A stretch of 63,009 nt of DNA, filler included. It is 7 parts of 7 records of this genome, joined end to end, with 100 filler letters (N's around TTAATTAATTAA, not from the genome) between each part and the next. Parts side by side here need not be neighbours in the genome. Positions count along the whole stretch, not along the records: positions 57,613 to 63,009 come from SRR31156797_23539; 6 more parts are not named here. The stretch is one strand, 5' to 3'. Position 1 is the first letter of the stretch. Each line of letters starts with the position of its first letter. The position numbers and the translations under genes are program-made. Under the pieces are notes generated by a model. The model did not search any database and was not told the origin of the DNA. It worked only from the letters and a program-made list of their open reading frames with translations. Shown piece after piece: positions 59,283 to 63,009 of the stretch.

Positions 59283-61166
59283 TTATTTTCTGTGAACTGA
59301 ATATGCATGGTTGCCAAGAAACTTAAGCCAGTCATAGCTGTGTTTAACTATCCTTTCTGAGTAAGGTTCTGTAAAGTTGATATCATCGTTGTACTTATAA
59401 ATGTTTTCAGGCTCGTTTGCTCCTTCATAGATAGAATCTCTGACATAAAAAACGCCCTGTTTCGCACAGCCACCTTCCTTATCAAGATAGTCCTGAAGTT
59501 TGTTGGCATAGCCTGTAGCATCCTTTTCTTTGTAATAGCTCAGTGATTGAGTGACAAAAGGACAGTTTTTCTGTGAAGTATCATTGTCATCATAACCAAC
59601 GACCATAACTGCATGCCAGTAAAGAAAATGGTTATAAACAACAACAACTGGAGCATTCCTAGTTCTGATCTCATATTTTACTCTGTCAACAACATTGTCG
59701 TTCATTATTGCAAGATTCCAAATGCTGCTGTCATCAAGGTCAGGATCAATGAAAATTATTGTTCTATCAACTTCAGGAGTCTCGGTAACGAGCTCTTCAA
59801 AATTCTCAGGAAGGTCATCAAGCCAGTTGTAATAACATGAAAGGTAAGCACCTTCCTCTGATGAAGATGTTGCAGGTCTGATGCTTCCATTTTCTTCTTC
59901 AACAAGATAGCCGGCTGTAAAACGATAGTCCTTGTTGAGCATTCCGCCTTCAAAACGATCAAAAGTTTTAATAATATCAGTTATATGGTACTGAACGTCA
60001 GCCTTTGTTACATGGTCTGAAGCATTGATAAGAAATCTTTCTGAAAGGTCATTTTCGGAATCATGCTCAGAGAAAGCATCAGTTATCTTAAGTTTCTGAT
60101 TCCTAAGAGCTTCCATTGAACCTGTGTTTGCCATGAAAAGACATGTACCGCCGTCAAGCTGGTTAGGAGATGCCATAACAAATGGATCAAGTTCATTATA
60201 AACAGCATCAGGTGCACTTTCCTCAGTTTGAGGCTCTTCATCGTTTAATACAGCTTTTACGGTTACAACCGGATCTGATCCTGGATCGCTAGCAGAGGGA
60301 TACTTTATTCCGTAAACGAACCTGTAACCATTCTGGTCAATATCGAAGTCGTCTGCAAAAGTTCTGATCGCTGATCTGATGTTTCCCTTCTTATCTTCAT
60401 ATTGGAAAGTGATCTCGTTATCAGAGTTAATTACCGGTTGGATAACAGGTTTAAAAATTCCTGAGAGTTCATTTTTTTTCTTTAATGCAACTCTGTTTTT
60501 GATCACATTGTAATTTTTATAGCTGTAATAGATCTCAACGCCTTTTCCAATGAAATCATCCGCAATAGACCAGTTGGAAATGGGGTTTTGCTCAACAGTG
60601 ATCCATTCAAGGTTTGCGAGTTCAAGAAGGGGGCTGATGTCCTTGATATTGTTTGCATCAAGGTTAAGCCATTTTATAGAAGCCATTGCTTTTATAGTTG
60701 TAATGTCGCTGACTTTATTAAAAGAAGCACTGAGTTTTTCAATAGACCCAAGTTCGCTTAAAGGTGAAAGGTCCGAGATCTTATTTACTCCAAGTTCGAT
60801 TTCCTTAAGGTTTGTAAGTTCAGCAAGTTTTGAAATGTCTTCGATCTTGTTTTCAAAAAGAGAAAGGGTTTCAAGAGACGCGAAAGCCTCAATTCCTGAA
60901 ATATCCGTGATGCCCATGTTGGTACATCTGAGAATTTTGATCTGAGCGAGAGCTTCGGGGTCAATTTCATCTGTTCCTGTGAGGGTTTTAATGCAAGTCT
61001 TTAAAGCTTCATCGGTAAAAACGATCCCAGTAGCATCCGCATCTGAGAGTTCTGAATCTCCAACTTCATTTTTGTCAGGATCTTCATTTTTATTGGAAGT
61101 ATCCTCTCCACAGGACCCCAAAAAAAGAAGAATTGTTAGTAAAAGTAGTAACGTAGTTTTTTTCAT
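59283..61166 (-). CDS. Lipoprotein with internalin-like LRRs and a papain-like (C1) cysteine peptidase domain
   Basis: Lipobox LGSC; LxxLxLxxNxIxDI repeats; NQLDGGTC, LSE, HAVMVVGYDD, VRDS. Confidence 0.8.
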   Translation of the reverse strand: MKKTTLLLLLTILLFLGSCGEDTSNKNEDPDKNEVGDSELSDADATGIVFTDEALKTCIKTLTGTDEIDPEALAQIKILRCTNMGITDISGIEAFASLETLSLFENKIEDISKLAELTNLKEIELGVNKISDLSPLSELGSIEKLSASFNKVSDITTIKAMASIKWLNLDANNIKDISPLLELANLEWITVEQNPISNWSIADDFIGKGVEIYYSYKNYNVIKNRVALKKKNELSGIFKPVIQPVINSDNEITFQYEDKKGNIRSAIRTFADDFDIDQNGYRFVYGIKYPSASDPGSDPVVTVKAVLNDEEPQTEESAPDAVYNELDPFVMASPNQLDGGTCLFMANTGSMEALRNQKLKITDAFSEHDSENDLSERFLINASDHVTKADVQYHITDIIKTFDRFEGGMLNKDYRFTAGYLVEEENGSIRPATSSSEEGAYLSCYYNWLDDLPENFEELVTETPEVDRTIIFIDPDLDDSSIWNLAIMNDNVVDRVKYEIRTRNAPVVVVYNHFLYWHAVMVVGYDDNDTSQKNCPFVTQSLSYYKEKDATGYANKLQDYLDKEGGCAKQGVFYVRDSIYEGANEPENIYKYNDDINFTEPYSERIVKHSYDWLKFLGNHAYSVHRK

Positions 61167-61380
61167 CACACACTCCGAAAAAAGAATTTAAAAAGCTCGC
61201 CAAAGCGATCGAATAGTGCAAAAAGGATACCGCTGCAAAAACATCAATAAAAACAGGCAGATATTGAGAAATCGCTGTTTTGGTATAAATTGACCTATTC
61301 GTTTGAGTAACACTGGTGTTTATTGCGTTTTTTAACCAATAGTGATACTTTTACGCAGCTAATTTCTTACGGAGAGTACC

Positions 61381-63009
61381 ATGTTGACAAGCTGTTTTCG
61401 GAAATTGTTCTTTGTTTTTGTTGTTCTTTTTGCCGTTTTTAATCTAAGTGCTGAAGAATATGATCCCAACTGTCCTGAAACAACAATTACTGTTTCAAAG
61501 TCTCCCATTGGATATGAAGGTGTTTCGGAGATTACAATTGAATTTACATTTCCTGATTATGGCGCTGAAAACTACTACTATATTATGATTGGATCAGTTA
61601 GTGTTCCGGAAGAACTTTCATTTGCAGAGCCTTCAAACCTGAAGACAACCTGTGAGAATTTGCAAGTAACTATAGATTCGGGTTCAAATATTAAGTTCGA
61701 GGTTTCAGGTTTTAATGGTGTTCCGTTTGCACATAATAACTCGACCTGTCAGATATCGTTCGATGTCAGAGGTAATTCGCTTGGCACATATGATGTTTCA
61801 GTTGAGGATTATCAGTTTAAAATAAAACAGCTTCCATATACAACAATACAAGATCTTACCTGTGGCTCTGAACAACTTGCTTCAATTGAAGTTGTTACCT
61901 CTGGATTTTCAAAATCCTTTAAAGATGATCCAGTCGGTCCAAACCAGATAGTGACTTTGGAATATACGATCGTTAATAGAGACCGGAATAACGCTGCTAC
62001 AAATATAAGTTTTACTGAGGATCTGGATGCGTTGATGCTGGGTTTAGCTACGACGGCTCTTCCAGAAAGTGATATCTGTGGTTTAGGGTCACAACTATCA
62101 GGTTTTTCCGAGTTGACACTCTCAGGCGGACATCTTGAACCGATGGAAAGTTGTACGTTTGAGGTTGAGTTATCTGTTCCTGCGGGTGCGACTCTTGGAA
62201 AATATACTTCAACTTCGTCAGATCTGACAATGACAGTTGATGGATCAGAAGTTACTTTTCCTCCTGCAGAGGATTTTCTAAATGTGAATGCTGCATTTAT
62301 GGTTGAACTTAATATACTGGATGATCCGCAAAATTCCGGTGATGATATAAGGCTTGAATACATAATTACAAACCTGTCTGCTACTTCTTCAGCAATGGAC
62401 ATTGCTATCCTAGATAATTATACGGAATTTCTGGGAGTTTATCCTTTAAATATTACTTTGCCTAATCCTGGATTTTGTGGCGGAAGCTCTAGCAGCACTT
62501 TAGATCACGTTACTTTCGGTAAGGATACTATTGCCGTTTCTATTAACAATGCAAGTCTTGCAGCCGGGGCATCCTGTACTTTTGTAGTTTCAGTGACAAT
62601 CCCCGAGGATATGATGCCCGGAGTTTTTACAAATAATATTGAAGAAGCAGAAGGGACAGTTGATGGGGACATTTATTCAGCTGTAACATTTTCAGATGAT
62701 GTAACAATTTACAGAGCACCGCAGCTTTTTGTAAGTTTTGAAAAATCAGTCGCAGCTCCGGGAGAGACTTTAGATCTGGAATATACACTCCACTTTAATG
62801 AAAATGATACTGATTCCACTGCGGTCGCATTTACCCATGATCTGGAAACGGTTATGCCGGGTATTTTAGTTAATGATCTTCCAAAGCTCGGGATCTGTAC
62901 TTCAGGAACTCTTGAGTTTTTAGATGGAAAGATTGAGTATTCTGGTGGTGAGCTGGACAAAAATACTACATGTGAATTTGATGTTTCTGTTACAATCCCG
63001 CAAGATGTA
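61381..63009 (+). CDS. Large secreted protein with repeated Ig-like (DUF11-like) domains, 3'-truncated; absent from the ORF track
   Basis: GGAGAG RBS; ATG 61381 reads MLTSCFRKLFFVFVVLFAVFNLSAEE; repeats FSKSF..DPV.P...VTLEYTI.N and L....SCTF.V.V.VP; no stop seen before the window end. Confidence 0.85.
   Translation, partial: MLTSCFRKLFFVFVVLFAVFNLSAEEYDPNCPETTITVSKSPIGYEGVSEITIEFTFPDYGAENYYYIMIGSVSVPEELSFAEPSNLKTTCENLQVTIDSGSNIKFEVSGFNGVPFAHNNSTCQISFDVRGNSLGTYDVSVEDYQFKIKQLPYTTIQDLTCGSEQLASIEVVTSGFSKSFKDDPVGPNQIVTLEYTIVNRDRNNAATNISFTEDLDALMLGLATTALPESDICGLGSQLSGFSELTLSGGHLEPMESCTFEVELSVPAGATLGKYTSTSSDLTMTVDGSEVTFPPAEDFLNVNAAFMVELNILDDPQNSGDDIRLEYIITNLSATSSAMDIAILDNYTEFLGVYPLNITLPNPGFCGGSSSSTLDHVTFGKDTIAVSINNASLAAGASCTFVVSVTIPEDMMPGVFTNNIEEAEGTVDGDIYSAVTFSDDVTIYRAPQLFVSFEKSVAAPGETLDLEYTLHFNENDTDSTAVAFTHDLETVMPGILVNDLPKLGICTSGTLEFLDGKIEYSGGELDKNTTCEFDVSVTIPQDV

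Noticed and set aside
61812-62960. Minus-strand Ser-rich ORFs in the ORF track
   Set aside because: Shadows of the real plus-strand gene starting at 61381.
1-63009. CRISPR arrays, transposases, integrases, prophage genes, recoded stop codons
   Set aside because: No spaced direct-repeat array or mobile-element protein motifs seen; genes read through in the standard bacterial code.

Overview
The window is not one locus. It is seven unrelated contigs joined by six artificial 100-nt spacers (44 N + TTAATTAATTAA + 44 N), so gene neighbourhoods are meaningful only within a segment. Taxonomic labels are inferred from protein style and base composition. Segment 1 (1-11150, Desulfobacterota-like): SpoIIE/RsbW/STAS partner switch, sulfatase, mutM-namZ-USP, an orphan Jag_N-like protein, a short FlgC-like gene and a sigma54 activator. 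Segment 2 (11251-18238, Campylobacterota): rpoD, leuD-leuB, an active plus a degenerate GGDEF gene, MBL hydrolase, dnaJ. Segment 3 (18339-23751, Bacteroidota): cutC, T9SS cargo, miaA, thioesterase, map, an acidic LExWM-repeat protein. Segment 4 (23852-29936, Bacteroidota): two kinases, yceD-rpmF-fabH, acyltransferase. Segment 5 (30037-46764, Arcobacter-like): phage-like thyA with folA, two giant ankyrin paralogs, DDAH-EamA, a clostridial-type Fe-ADH, amino-acid ABC genes. Segment 6 (46865-57512, Desulfovibrionaceae-like): nitroreductase, VPLPA-CTERM protein, a six-gene GAK operon, HD protein, LysR, partial tRNA-Glu. Segment 7 (57613-63009, unassigned): YitT, Mrp, an LRR-papain lipoprotein and a large secreted repeat protein missing from the ORF track. 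The best candidate for an unexplained system is the GAK operon (48576-55184). To my knowledge it is named but functionally uncharacterised. Here it shows a PhoU-kinase fusion, a cryptic PHP phosphoesterase, a cytochrome c'-like XXXCH protein and a possible Pho-box promoter, which together suggest a phosphate-linked pathway (inference).
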